DNA of 64,000 nt from Eutreptiella sp. 'Long Island Sound 2002' (lineage: Eukaryota; Protista; Euglenida), in contig OZ038378.1 of NCBI GenBank assembly GCA_964036045.1, positions 4,650,001 to 4,714,000 on the forward strand, in the 5' to 3' direction. Positions 26,601 to 38,600 of this stretch are shown in pieces. Under the pieces are notes generated by a model. That model worked only from the letters and a program-made list of their open reading frames with translations. It ran no database searches and was not told the origin of the DNA. The position numbers and the translations under genes are program-made. The stretch's first letter is position 1. Every line of letters starts with the position of its first letter.

Positions 26601-29600
26601 ATTGACCGGGCACGCTTCTCCTCCACCTGAAGGCCCACACAACGAAGAGACGGCAAAGGCCTGCAGGCCCACACGACCCCGCACACACACAGGTGCCGTT
26701 TACAAACAGCCACGGGCGCAGCCCCCATCCATGGCGTACTGAATGGATGGGGAATGTACCACAGCCTATGGACGTGGGCAAACCTCGCCGCCAGAATGTC
26801 TGTGCCTTGCTTTTCAAGGGTGCCAGAAGTGAAAGACAAGCGCAACAGTGCCCAGCCTGCGAGTTTACTGGTTCAACAAGCGCTTGGTGGACATCTTTGT
26901 CAAGCAAAGATCGTATTCCGGAGGTTCAGCCCCAACCCAGCTGTGCTTCTGTCTACCTCATCCAGTCCAGCTTGACCTGACAATTGCAATTACAAGTGCA
27001 CCTGTACTGTGTGTTGATTCCTCTGGAAAAGCTGCACACAGGATACCCACCCCAAAGGACAACCTATGCGGAATCTAGCTGCCATGTCACTTCAGACCAA
27101 GGGAAGACGACGTGATGTCGTCTTTGTCTAATTTAGCACCATGGTGCTATATTTTGCACACTTCCTTGTCCGCTTGGGCACAGCCTGCAAGTAGAGTCCT
27201 GTTGTGCTCCTACCACCCCCACACGTACACAACACACAACTGCACCACCAACCCAACTCTGCACTCAGGTTACGCCGGACACAACCCACCGGGTGTGGCA
27301 AAACGTGTACTCATCTTTAATTTGCTTCTGAGCCCATTCGTTGACTCTGCAGGGACATGACGTCGTGAATAATCAAATTCGTTGCTCCATTGTGATCCTT
27401 CGTTGGGTGAACAGGCCATCCCCACCCCCTTCCGCCAGAACCTCCCCTTCACTCGAGGGGACTCCCTCTCCCTTTGCTTTCAGTGGGGCTCTGCCTCACG
27501 TCAGACGATCAAAGGGCAATGGGTTCATGTTGGACTGGACAAATTTGGCGCAAACGCTTCAAATGAAAACAACACTTGGTGTCTCATTGCTCCGGGCAAC
27601 ACCGCTGCTGCACGACAAATGCATGAACCTGAAGGTCCAGACGAGCCTCGTACTGCAATGCAGCCACATCCGTCTCAACCTCTTCGACTCTCTCTGGCCT
27701 GACCGTTTCTGGCGGCAGCACCTGCAGTGGCTCACCCACGGGCTCGGCGGCAGGGGCCTGTTCTGCGGCAGGGGCCTCTTCTACGGTAGGCATGCGTTCT
27801 GCAGCACTCGACGCCGCCTCAGGCGGCGTAGTAGCAGGCTTCATGGCCGCTACTTTTGCCTTTGGTGGCGCCGACTTATTCAGCGGTGGCGGAGGTGCGT
27901 CCGGCCCCTTTCCGAAGCCATGTGGAGTGATTTGCAGCCGGACGCGCAGGTCTGTGTCAGACCATTCCTGAATGAATTTTTGAGATTGTAGGGGATTGAG
28001 GAGGGCTGTGGAGAGTCGAAGCAGGCTGAATGGGTGGAGGGCAGTGGAGGCTTATGGAGGGCTGTGGAGGGCATGAAGCCTTGTAGATAGTTACAAAGAA
28101 AGCGAGAGCAGAGCGCTGAGGAGATGGTGGAGAGTCAAGAGGACATTGGAACAAGGTGGAGATGTGTGGGTTGAGCAGAATTGAGGAGAATTGTGGAGAA
28201 AGGTCGCAGGACAAGGTGTGGCCAGTAGCTAAGAAGCAACAGGCAAGCAATCCCAAAAGCATCAATAGGGGTCACTTGGGCACATCAGGTTGGATCCGAC
28301 CCCATTTCTAGTGACACATACTTGAACATACCCACAGGTATGACTTCACAAAGTGTGGGCCTGCATGTCGGCCACAATGCTGTCTGAATGGTGTACTATT
28401 CCACCGGTTGAATTTGAAACCGTGGCTGACCTCCATGTCTGTCTGCCACCATTTGGTTGCCTCAACAACAAATAACATTGTTGACTCTTTTGGCCTCTGT
28501 GGACCCAAGAGCAAGAATGAATTGGCTTTGTCCGACTGTACCCCTGCGCGAAGACCATGAATAGTGTTGGTATGCTCTTCAGCGCAAAATGATTCCACAG
28601 TACCGCAACCTCTGCAACAACAACTTTATGGATTGGACTACCTACTTTAATGAGACAAAGAAGCCAATAGAACACACCTGCACCTTTCATAGCATGGGAA
28701 GATGGAGTTGATACTGCTAGCCATGCAGTCACAGGTTCAGGCTCATGAAGATCAAAAATGGGGCTGTCCGCCATCATTTTTGAATACGGTACAATACTTG
28801 ACTTTTGCACATTTGCAGATTGCCCACCGCAAATTTTTGCACTGGGCAATTTGAATTTTACTTAAGCAAAATCTGTGTGCAGCCACCAAAAAAAAGTAGA
28901 AAAAATTTTTTGGCCATTTTTGGCAAATTTTGGTATGTGTTTGTACTTGCACAATACAAAACTTTTTTTGCATTGTTTGCACTTTCTGTGCAGGTCATTT
29001 TTTGAGTGGCCACACTTAGTTTATAATTCTATGGCCCCCGGACGAATGCTGTTACTTCCTTGAGTTCCCTGAATGGTTGCTTTTCTCTCTTAATGGGATC
29101 TGGATGGTTGCTGTTCCTCCTTGGTGGTCCCTAGATGCATGCTGTTGATCCTGGTGTTCTCTGAATGCATGTTGTTAATGCCTGTGGTCCCTAGACGAAT
29201 GCTGCTAATTCCTAGTGGTCTTTGGATGGATGGTATGTGCTGGTGGCCCTAAGTGGCAGTTGCATTTGCTCCAAAATCAGCTTGTTCAACCAACTTAATG
29301 AAATGGTAAAACCTGCCCCCAAAACATTTGGATGGCCATCCTCCAGCATGGCAAGCACCACAGGACACAACTCTGAAGTTGTGAACACCAGGCAAACATG
29401 TCCCATGGTGGATAACTTTGTATTTAAGCAAGGAACTGTGATGCAGGCCGGAGGCGGGGAGGTGAGCATTGGTGCTGCTTTCCATGACACTGACAAATCT
29501 GTCAGGATACATCCAGCAACAAGAGCGGGGCCCTTTGCCCTCACAATTTTGAGGGCCATTTGTCGTTACCAGGATTCCCATTTTTTTGTAAATTCTCCGA

Positions 29601-32600
29601 GGTTTGGGTCAATGGTCCACTTGTCCCATCACCTTCTCCACCAACTGGGTCACAGTGGACCGTGCAACACCACATCAACAGTACCGCAGGGTCTGTCAAC
29701 AGGCCGCTGAGAGGCAGGTGCAGCCGTGGCCTGCATGGTGTTAACCATACTGACAGCAATACTATGGCAGATCTGGTATTTGTGCCATGTGGCCTTCTGC
29801 AGCAAAGCAGACCGCAGCAGTTTCAAAGGGGAAAACTTCAAAACACGTGACCTCAAACTGAATATGGTGTCTGCAAAAAAAAGAGTACAAAACGAAAGTA
29901 CGAGAGCATGGCGGTCCTTAAGAAAAGTGTTCCGTTGCATAGTTTGCCCAAAAACGCCCGCGGGTAATCATATGTTCAACCATGGCTGGTGGCAATTGGT
30001 CGTTGGCGGTTGGCGGTTGATGGCGATTGGTGGTTGGCAGTTGGTGGCTGGTGGCGGTTGGTGGCGGTTGGTGGCGGTTGGTGGCGGTTGGTGGTTGGCG
30101 ATTGGTGGTTGGTGGGAGTTGGCGGTTGGCGGTTGGTGGCAGTGGGCAGCAGTTGGCGGTTGGCGGTTGGTAGCGGTTGGCGGTAGGCGGTTGGTGGTCC
30201 CTGGGGGCGGTTCTTTGCAAAAAAAAAAAAAAGGACTCCTTAAGGACCGCCCTGTACTCGAGAGACTGGGATCTTTATGCACAGAGTAAATCTATTCTTG
30301 CACACATTTGCAGCGCATTTCACACTTGGGTGGAAGAAAACAGGTTTGCGCCGGGGGGGGGGGGGGGTTGGAGCCCCTTTTCCAGACCGAACCCCCCAAC
30401 CCCTCCTTCAGGAGGCTCGAACGACCGCCCCCACCACCCCGGTGCGCAAACCATTTTTCACCCTCCCCTTCCAAATGCATGGTGCCAAAGAAGTCATCCA
30501 TTTTTTGAGGTCTGAGTTTTTTTTTTTTGCATGAAATCAGTGCTCAGAGAAATAAATATTTGTGCAAATCTTTAATATTGAGGGGGACCCTGCTGGCATC
30601 ATCTCCAAGAGCACCGTGCAAGAATCATCCTCTCGGTGTTGAACAGCCTAGATATTCACAACTGTAATGTCTATGTCATGAACAAGCTTTTTGATCAGCG
30701 GTTGGACTTCTTTGCATTTGCTCATTTCAGCAGCACCCAGAATATTCAGATTTTCACTGTCAAACAAATCACAGGTTGTTTCAGCATCTTCACATTGTCA
30801 CACCCCAAGGGTGGCAATCGATTTTGTATCCTCGAATCCTCAGTGAAAATATTTCGTGCCTGGAACAGTGAGATCAGCAACCCCAACAGATCTTAGCACT
30901 GCAATTTGTGCGGAGCCCATAGGCGCAAGCCTATGCCCTGCACGCACCACCACAGAGACCGTCAGCACATGTGCGTGTTCTCCTCTTGTGGTGGCGTTTT
31001 CGAGGGATGAAGAGGACCTGCCCATCGAATGCCTTCAGCCTTATCTCTAAGTCTGAGGGCAAGTTCATCGGGAAATTGTTGCCGACCTCAAACCATGCCT
31101 TGTGCTTGTGATACCCGTGCGGTGTCGGTTGCACCACTTTGATCTCCAGCCGAAGTGAATCTACATTCTGCACCTGAAATTGGAAGCCCTCAGCCCAGAA
31201 CGGCGCAGATGTTGGCTTGTGCTCCGTCCGCCACCGGGTGCCCTCCACCGCCATCTCCACATACACCTGGCAGGGATAGGGTATGCACAATTTCGCGAGC
31301 CTCGCCCCTCGCACTTCAGGGGGGCGGAGATGTGTGACCCGGTTTCTCATGCGCGTGTTACAGTTTCGACAATACTTCGCGTGACAACAGCAATGCAACA
31401 AGGGTACGACCCGGCACATATCAGGACACCTGCTGCGCACGACCACGCTTAACTGGGAAGCCGACGACGGACACATGCTGCACGAACAGCATCCGTTTGA
31501 TGTTCTGCTGCACCTGAGTCCACGGATTCCGCGCCACCTTACGGCCACCTGTCGGCCCTGAGGGCTCAGGAATGTGCAGAGAGCACACGATGTGGACCTT
31601 GGCTGCATCCCGTGGGTCGGCGCTCGCGAGCGGCCCCCACCCATTCTCAGCGTCAGCATCGGGCCTGAGAAGGGGCAGCCACACATCCTGTGGCTCCATA
31701 ATGTCCGGCAGCTCATCGGAATATATCCTGCTCAAATGGATGGCACACTTCGCAAGTGCAGCGATGGTACCCGCACCGCTTGAGTTCCACAGCAAAATGT
31801 GGATGACGTCCTATTGAGGGCAGAGGTAGGGAGACAGGGAGGAAAAGGAGAGGGCAACAAACCAGGAAGAGCTGGAGGGGAAGGCAGAGGGGGGGAGAGG
31901 AGTGGGCAGAGGCCACGGGTATGGGCAGGGGCATGCGGGGGAAACCTCTGTCCCCAGCCCTGGCCCCACCATTTCTCCCCAGCCTAAATCTACGCCCTCA
32001 CCCCTATCAAACTGAATATTGAGACCGAGCTGGTGGGAAGGGAACAGCAGGTACTCCAGTAAAAGGGGCCAAATAAGGGGGGAAATGGGTCGAACATGGC
32101 TGAAAATAGCGTGACAGCAAGTATTTGAGTGTTCCAAACAATCTAGGATACGTTTGGTAAAAGGTATTTTTCAAACCTTTTTGCCCCCTTTTCGGTCCCA
32201 AAATGGTTACCAAGGCTTTTTTGGGAACTTGCATGTGGTAGTATAGGTTGACAATTGCTCAAACACAGCCTAAAACCACTTGTTTGAGCACCCCAAGTGG
32301 TTTATTTGGAAAAAATCATTTTTGACCATTTTTTGACCTATGGGTGACACTAATCAAGACTGAATATAGGGACCGAGATGGTGGGGGAGGGAAGATCAGG
32401 TACACTAGTAGAAGGCCGAATAGGACGCATGTTGAGGGACAACAAGAACGATTCAGGCCACTGCCCTCCGTATCCCCCCCCCGAAACCCTTCCTTGCTCG
32501 CTCAAGAAACATCCCCCCCCCCCTGGCACTCTCCCCAGCACCCCTCCCCTATTACCCCCCCGAAAACCCTTCCTCGCTTGCCTCGCTTACCCAAGCCCCC

Positions 32601-35600
32601 TGCACCCCTCTCCTACACCCCACCTACATTCCCCCCGCACCCCCTTTGTATTGTACTACCAGTCCCCAAGTTGCCCATTTCAAGGGTGTTTGGGAATTTG
32701 CATAGGCTAATTTGGGTCAAAGATGCCTCAAAATAGCCTTAAACCTCTTGTTTGAGCACCCCAAATGGTGTAAGAACAACTTTGGGAAAAATCATTTGCA
32801 ACCACTTTTGGACCCACAGGTGACCCCCGTAACCCTACCCTAGCATGTGCACCTTGCACCACCGTCCTATTGAGGGCAGAGGTAGGGAGACAGGGCGGAG
32901 GAGGAGAGGGTGCCAATTGGGTATTGAGGGGTGTTAACAGTGCAAAAGTAGCTTGCAAGTGATCCTCTTCATCGTTTTTGCACAAGCAGAGCACAAGAAA
33001 ACTGCACAGGACTTGGTCTTGGTCTTGTTGATCTTGACGCAACTCAAGATCAAGGATACCTTCTCGGAGGATTTGGGGATGACGAAGGGGTAACACGTGG
33101 GGGGAGGGGGGGGGTCGGCCGTCTCCTCGTAGACCCCCGCCCCCCGCAATGCCTGCACTATCCTCTGGACCTGCCGGGACACCCAGCGGGTTGCCCCTCG
33201 GACCACCCTGTCCCCGTCCTGCCACTCCCGCTCGACATCGAAATCGTGGAGCCCCCCGCGGTAGAAGGGCGGGACCACAGCGTCCCACAGATCTTCAGGG
33301 AGCTGGTGGGTGCCGATCGGCCCCAAACCCCGGTCCAAAATTGCATCCTCGACCCCCCCCATGAACCGCGGAATGGGGGAGGTGTTGACGTGGAGGCATG
33401 CCTCCCAGGCGTCCGGGTGGAGCGCGCGGATCGCGCTCAGGAGCGCGGGTAAAGCCCCCCGCAAGCGGAAATCCTCGGTTGTATCGAAGACTCTATTCAA
33501 CCACAAATCCACCCTCTTCGCCACCATCCACAAGCCACAACGCTCCCGCTCCGCTATCCAGTGGAAATGCGGGGTGAGGGCTTGCATGAACTCCAGGAAG
33601 AGGGGGGGCTGTTCCTGCACCCTCCGGCCCCTGTCTGGACCCTTACAGAGGGGGGGGGGGGGCGACGCCACTGGGCCCGCCCGCCCCCTAGCCTTGGCCT
33701 TGAGGCGCTCAGCTGCAGCCACGAAGGCACCCTCCACCGGGCTTTGCGTCGCCGGCGTCCGGACATGCCCGCCTGCCCCGAGCTTGGTGCGCTTGGGCTC
33801 CGGCGACTCGATCTGCTGGGCCAAACGAGGTCTCCCAGTTTGACGGCGTGCGGGGGCTCGGGATCGCATGGCCTGCGCACCACCCACGACCACCTTAGCG
33901 CGACGCGGCCCCGTGTATGAGCGGTGGACACGGCCCACCACTCCAGCTTTCGAGCCCGCTCCGGTCCCCCCTCTGATAGGACCAACGGCTGTCCTGGAGG
34001 ACCACGGTTTACGCTCCCGTCCCACGAACTTGGCAACTCCGGCCTGTCGACGCCCGGGGGAACCCCTGGCGTTGCCGACTGCGAAGGCGCCATAGGGTTC
34101 GCTTCCGGAACCCTCGCTGTTGTCGTCGGTGTCCACGTCGGAATCGACATTGATGGGCCCGGCTGCCGTCCCCGGCCCGCCACCCCCCCCCCCCCACGGC
34201 AACCAGAGGACCCGCCAATGTGCACAGCTGACCCGCATCTTCCCGAGACACGGCGCCGCGCTCAGTGGCAGAGGCCAGAGGCTGAAGTGGAGGGAGGGTA
34301 GGAGCCGCTTCAGGCCCCGGGCCCATCTCAGCAGAGCCATCCTCGGCGGACTCCTCCAGCTCGGTCGCAGCCTGGTCTCCTTCGTCTCCGCTCCCAACTG
34401 TGCCGCTCGCGGTGGACCCCTGTCCCTGACCCCGCGGGCGCCTCGGCTTGCGCTTGGTCGGGGTGCTGAGGGCGCCCGCGATACTGGGGAACATCGGTGA
34501 GCCCCACAGCGCCAGGACGCCCACACGCTCCGGAGTCGGCAAAGGCCCTCGGTCACGGGACCATGCAGGCAGTACCGTAGGGGCAACGACTCCCGGGTCG
34601 GACCATTTGGTGCCGTATTGCATCGCCACGGCCGTGCTCTGCCATCTGCCCCACCATTTGTAGTAGGCGAGGTCTGGTTTGCGGGCCCAAGTCGCTGCGG
34701 CGCCTCCCCGGCGCAGGGCATGCCACCTGGCTCGGGCGTGCGCGGTGCTCGCCAGGGTTTCGGCCATGCCTGCCTCCAATCCCGCCTCCCCTGACTGCCA
34801 GACCAGCATGTCTGAGGATCGGCCCAGCGAGACCATGTGGCGATGAAGCCACGCACGGACGCCGTCCGCATACCTGTACAGGGGTCGGGTGGTGTACCCC
34901 TCCTCTCCTGTCTTGGAGTTCCAGAACTGGACAAAGCCTGGCATAGCCAGGTCAGAAACCCTGATGCCAGCTGCTTCGCCCACCCGTAGGTAGCATACCC
35001 AGCTGATGATCGCCAACGCGCTGAACACCGTTCCGTTTCTGGAGTCTCTGGCCTTTTCGACCAGCTGGACCAAGCCTGCTGGGGACAGATAGGGCTGGGA
35101 GCCCGAGGAGGCGGCTCCCGCCGCGATCCTCTTGTGCAAGGTTGTGACCGTTGGGGGCAGCCACTGGAGATCCTCCACGGCCCTAACCGCGGAAGTAATA
35201 CCCCGCAGGGCTGACGCTGTAGCGCCGGCTTGCGCCCGCTCTGCCAGGAGGCCTGCCAGTGCTGCGGCTGTATCAGGCGGGCCCGCGCGCTCCGCGTAAG
35301 CCGCCAAGGCCCGGAGCCGGGACGCATACTGCGAGCGGGTTCTCGGCCTCCAGGACTGCATGGCGCTTTCTTCCGGCGAGCAGGGGTTGTCTGCCCGGGC
35401 TGCTGTCTCCCACCGGCGGGCGAGCGCCCGCAGTTCCGCCGCTGTGTCCGTGACGCCGGAGCCCGGGGCGGCCGGTCCGGGCTCCAGCTGGTCCTGTCAG
35501 GACCAGTGTGGGCACCTAAAGTGCCAGTGGCGCTCGTCGGGGGAGCCCCGCTGCGCGCACCTCTGGCATCCTCCGCTCGGCGGCGACTCCACAGGGATCC

Positions 35601-38600
35601 ATTCGCCCTGCCGTGACTGCCACTGCAGCACTCCGCCCACCTCCCTGAATTTTACACTTCGCCATGTGAACGCCGACCCCTGCTCCTTCCATGCCTCCTC
35701 CAACGTGGCGTACTGGCTGGACTCGGAGCTGGACTTCCCTTGTGTTCCTGCATACCTGCGGGCATACGCCGCCTAGGACTGGGACACGCAGTCCCAGACC
35801 CTCCACGCCAGCTGTTCTCCTGGGTCGACCGCTGCCTCCGTTGCCTGGCCGCCGAACTCGCTCGGGCGGGGGATCTCTCCCACCTCACCGGCCCTAAGGC
35901 GTACGTACGCCTTGATGTTGGACAGCATGAGTCTCATCCATTGTGCCAACTGGGGCTTCTCGAGGGCTCGGTTGATCTCAGGCACGCTCAGCGGGGGCAA
36001 GCGGGGCCCCTCCTTCACCGCCACTCGGGCGAGTTGCTCTCTGAGTTCTTGAATTTCTTTGGCTTGCGCTGCCAGTCGCTCCTCGGCTGACACCTGTTGG
36101 GCCTGGTTGGGCTGCTCAACCCCGTCCATAGGTTAACAAAAACAAAGACAGGAAAACTGCCTAAACATTGGAGACGCAAACAAAAGTTGAGACGTGGCAC
36201 AACTAGTGATTTATCACCACAAGGGTGCCCAGAGCAAACACACGTTAAAACTGGAACACTAGTTTATTGGCTGCGTTCAAAAAGCAAGTACCAACAATCG
36301 CAACACAGCATGGGGGCACGCCAGAGTAATCGGGCCGGAACTTTTTGGAGGGTGGGGGGGTGCAATTATAAGGCTGTGCAAATGACTCCAACAACCATCA
36401 CAAACACGTTTGATGCCAAAAAGGCATTGCCCAAGTAAACCCCCCCATTTATTATCACACACCGAAATAATATCATGCATACATGATAATATTTTGGACC
36501 GCTAAAGTAATTTCATGCACCCATCTTGGCCACCCAAGCACATCCCACAGAACAAGGCAAAACACAGTGGGAAATGTGATTGTCAGCCAAAACATGCAGT
36601 TATTTTGGTGCCAAGAAGGTGGCCATTGACAATTGGCATGCTGCTGCCTTGGGTTTCGGCTAGGGCTTTGCAGCTGGGGCAGCTTGGGGCTGGACTTGTG
36701 GAGGCACAAGCTGGTAGGGGATTTGAAGCTTTACTTTGGTGGGATGAATATAACCGAGATCCCGGAAGATCCCTGATCATCATCATCTCCAGTGGAGTAC
36801 TCCTCAACGTCCATCGCCTCATCATCCGTCACAGCCTCAAAAACGTGTTCAACAACAAGCTTGTCATGTTGCCATGCCTCAATGACATCAACAAGAAACG
36901 GAACTTCAGAGTCAGGAACCATCACAATAAAGATCTGGTGCACAAATACGGGGTGGTCAAAATAACATCACGCCCAAAATAGTTTTAGGCACCAAAATAT
37001 TATAATATAATAATAATATCACGCGCATGATATTAATTGGGGGGGGGGCAGCCACACATCCACTGCAAACTCTGCGGCCTGCAATTGAACAGACATCTAC
37101 CACACTGCAAACCCTCCCTTGGGAAATTTGCCATGGCGGCACGGGTGGCTTCTGCTGGGGACAGCATCACCTTGGAGTGGGTGCGCATCCAAGCCCAAAG
37201 GCCCAAGTGTGGTGCTGCTGGGTGCTCCCCAAAATGCATGCAGTGACAAGGTGCTCGTAGATTGACCTTTGTGGCTCCTCGATTCCGGGAGACCCAACGG
37301 CTTCCTACACTTTGCTAGACCCCAAGGGCATGATCCATCTCCGGATGTCATGCCCTGGACAGGATGTGTGTTCTCAAGGGGATGGGGAGATTCTCTGTTG
37401 TCAAGGATGGAGACTGGAGGGGGTGGAGGGAGGAGGCAGTGCCCATGTTGGAACCTTAGGTGTATTGCTAGCTCCAAGAGCTGCATCAGAGGCAAAATGA
37501 GGGCAACTCCGTAAATGGGTGCGTTCCATAATGCACCAATCCTTAAAAACTAGCAGGAAATTATTTACACTCCGCAAAATTCAGAACTATGCTCATTTTT
37601 CTTCCCCCCTCCTCCCTCAATATGGCATCCACTTCCTGATAGGCTTCACACGTAGTCACTACCAAAACCTTGTCATTTGGAGGGTGCTTGTAGGCGTTTG
37701 TGCACAAGGAGCATTTTAAAGGGAGAAATAGGGGAGTTTAAGGGGCATTAGCAATATCCTTGCCTATACACACCATACAACACCCCCACAACCCCATGTT
37801 TCACCCCAGCCCGACCCCAACGTAGGTAGGTGGCTATCTTCGGGAGCTGAGGGTGCCACCTTTCACATTGCATGAAGTACTAAGGGGGCAATCACCCCTG
37901 CCACTGCCCGATAGAATGTGCCTCACAAAGCTTCTCCCGCATGTGACTTGGGAAGGCATGATCGCGGCCAGCTAGCCCATGTGTGCCATGTGGGAGGGTG
38001 TCCCCACATGTGCCATGTGCATGTGCTTTTCACTATGTTGTGAGGTGGTGTCAAGGTTGCAATTCGGGGCATCGGGTGGTTGGGGGTATGGTCATGTACA
38101 AACTTTGTGCATGGCATGGAATATGCCCCCCTTTCAACAGACATGGGGATTTGTAAAGGTGGGGCGGGGAGGGGGGGGGGCGGATTTTGTTCCAAAAACC
38201 TATACCCAGTCCCAGCCTCAACCTCAGCCTCAGCACCTCGAGCTCACTGCCCACTGCAAACCGCAGCTTGTCCTGCCTCTCATTCCAAATCGGGTTCCGC
38301 TGGTCCGCCACGGGGCTTGTTCGCTGCGACACATTCCGCACGTTGACTTCCATGAAAAGGTCCCCACGGCTCTCCTTATATCCCTGCCACAAGTACCTGC
38401 CTTCCACCACTTGCACATGCAGGTCCCAAAGGGCCTCGCCAGGCAGCAGGGCCACCGTCCCCTTACGCTTCAGCGCAGAGATTGTGCCCTTCCTCATTTG
38501 GTCAGAGATGGAGCCGCGCCGCAGTGGTCCTGAGGCGGAGGAGCGCTGCTTCCCGATCTGCAGTAGAGGCATCCATGGAGGGCCAAGAACATGGAAAGTT

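Larger units (their letters stand above)
33020..36135 (-). mobile_element. Tyrosine-recombinase (DIRS-order) retrotransposon, gag-YR-RT arrangement (VIPER/TATE-like), 3'-truncated inside RT, lying in an intron of the C2 gene
   Basis: Gag-like ORF with a Cys/His knuckle, YR ORF with catalytic residues, then an RT-like start (PFVIPKSSEKVSLILSCVKIN). Terminal repeats were not identified. Confidence 0.88.

Noticed and set aside
25563-26630. Long plus-strand ORFs (also 23917-24621, 25966-26742, 5912-6517)
   Set aside because: Antisense shadows of GC-rich minus-strand exons with no motifs.
30893-30937. Alternative terminal exon GIGLRLWAPHKLQC*
   Set aside because: The exon at 27967 completes C2-2 better (LRVRLQITPHGFG) and continues the frame.
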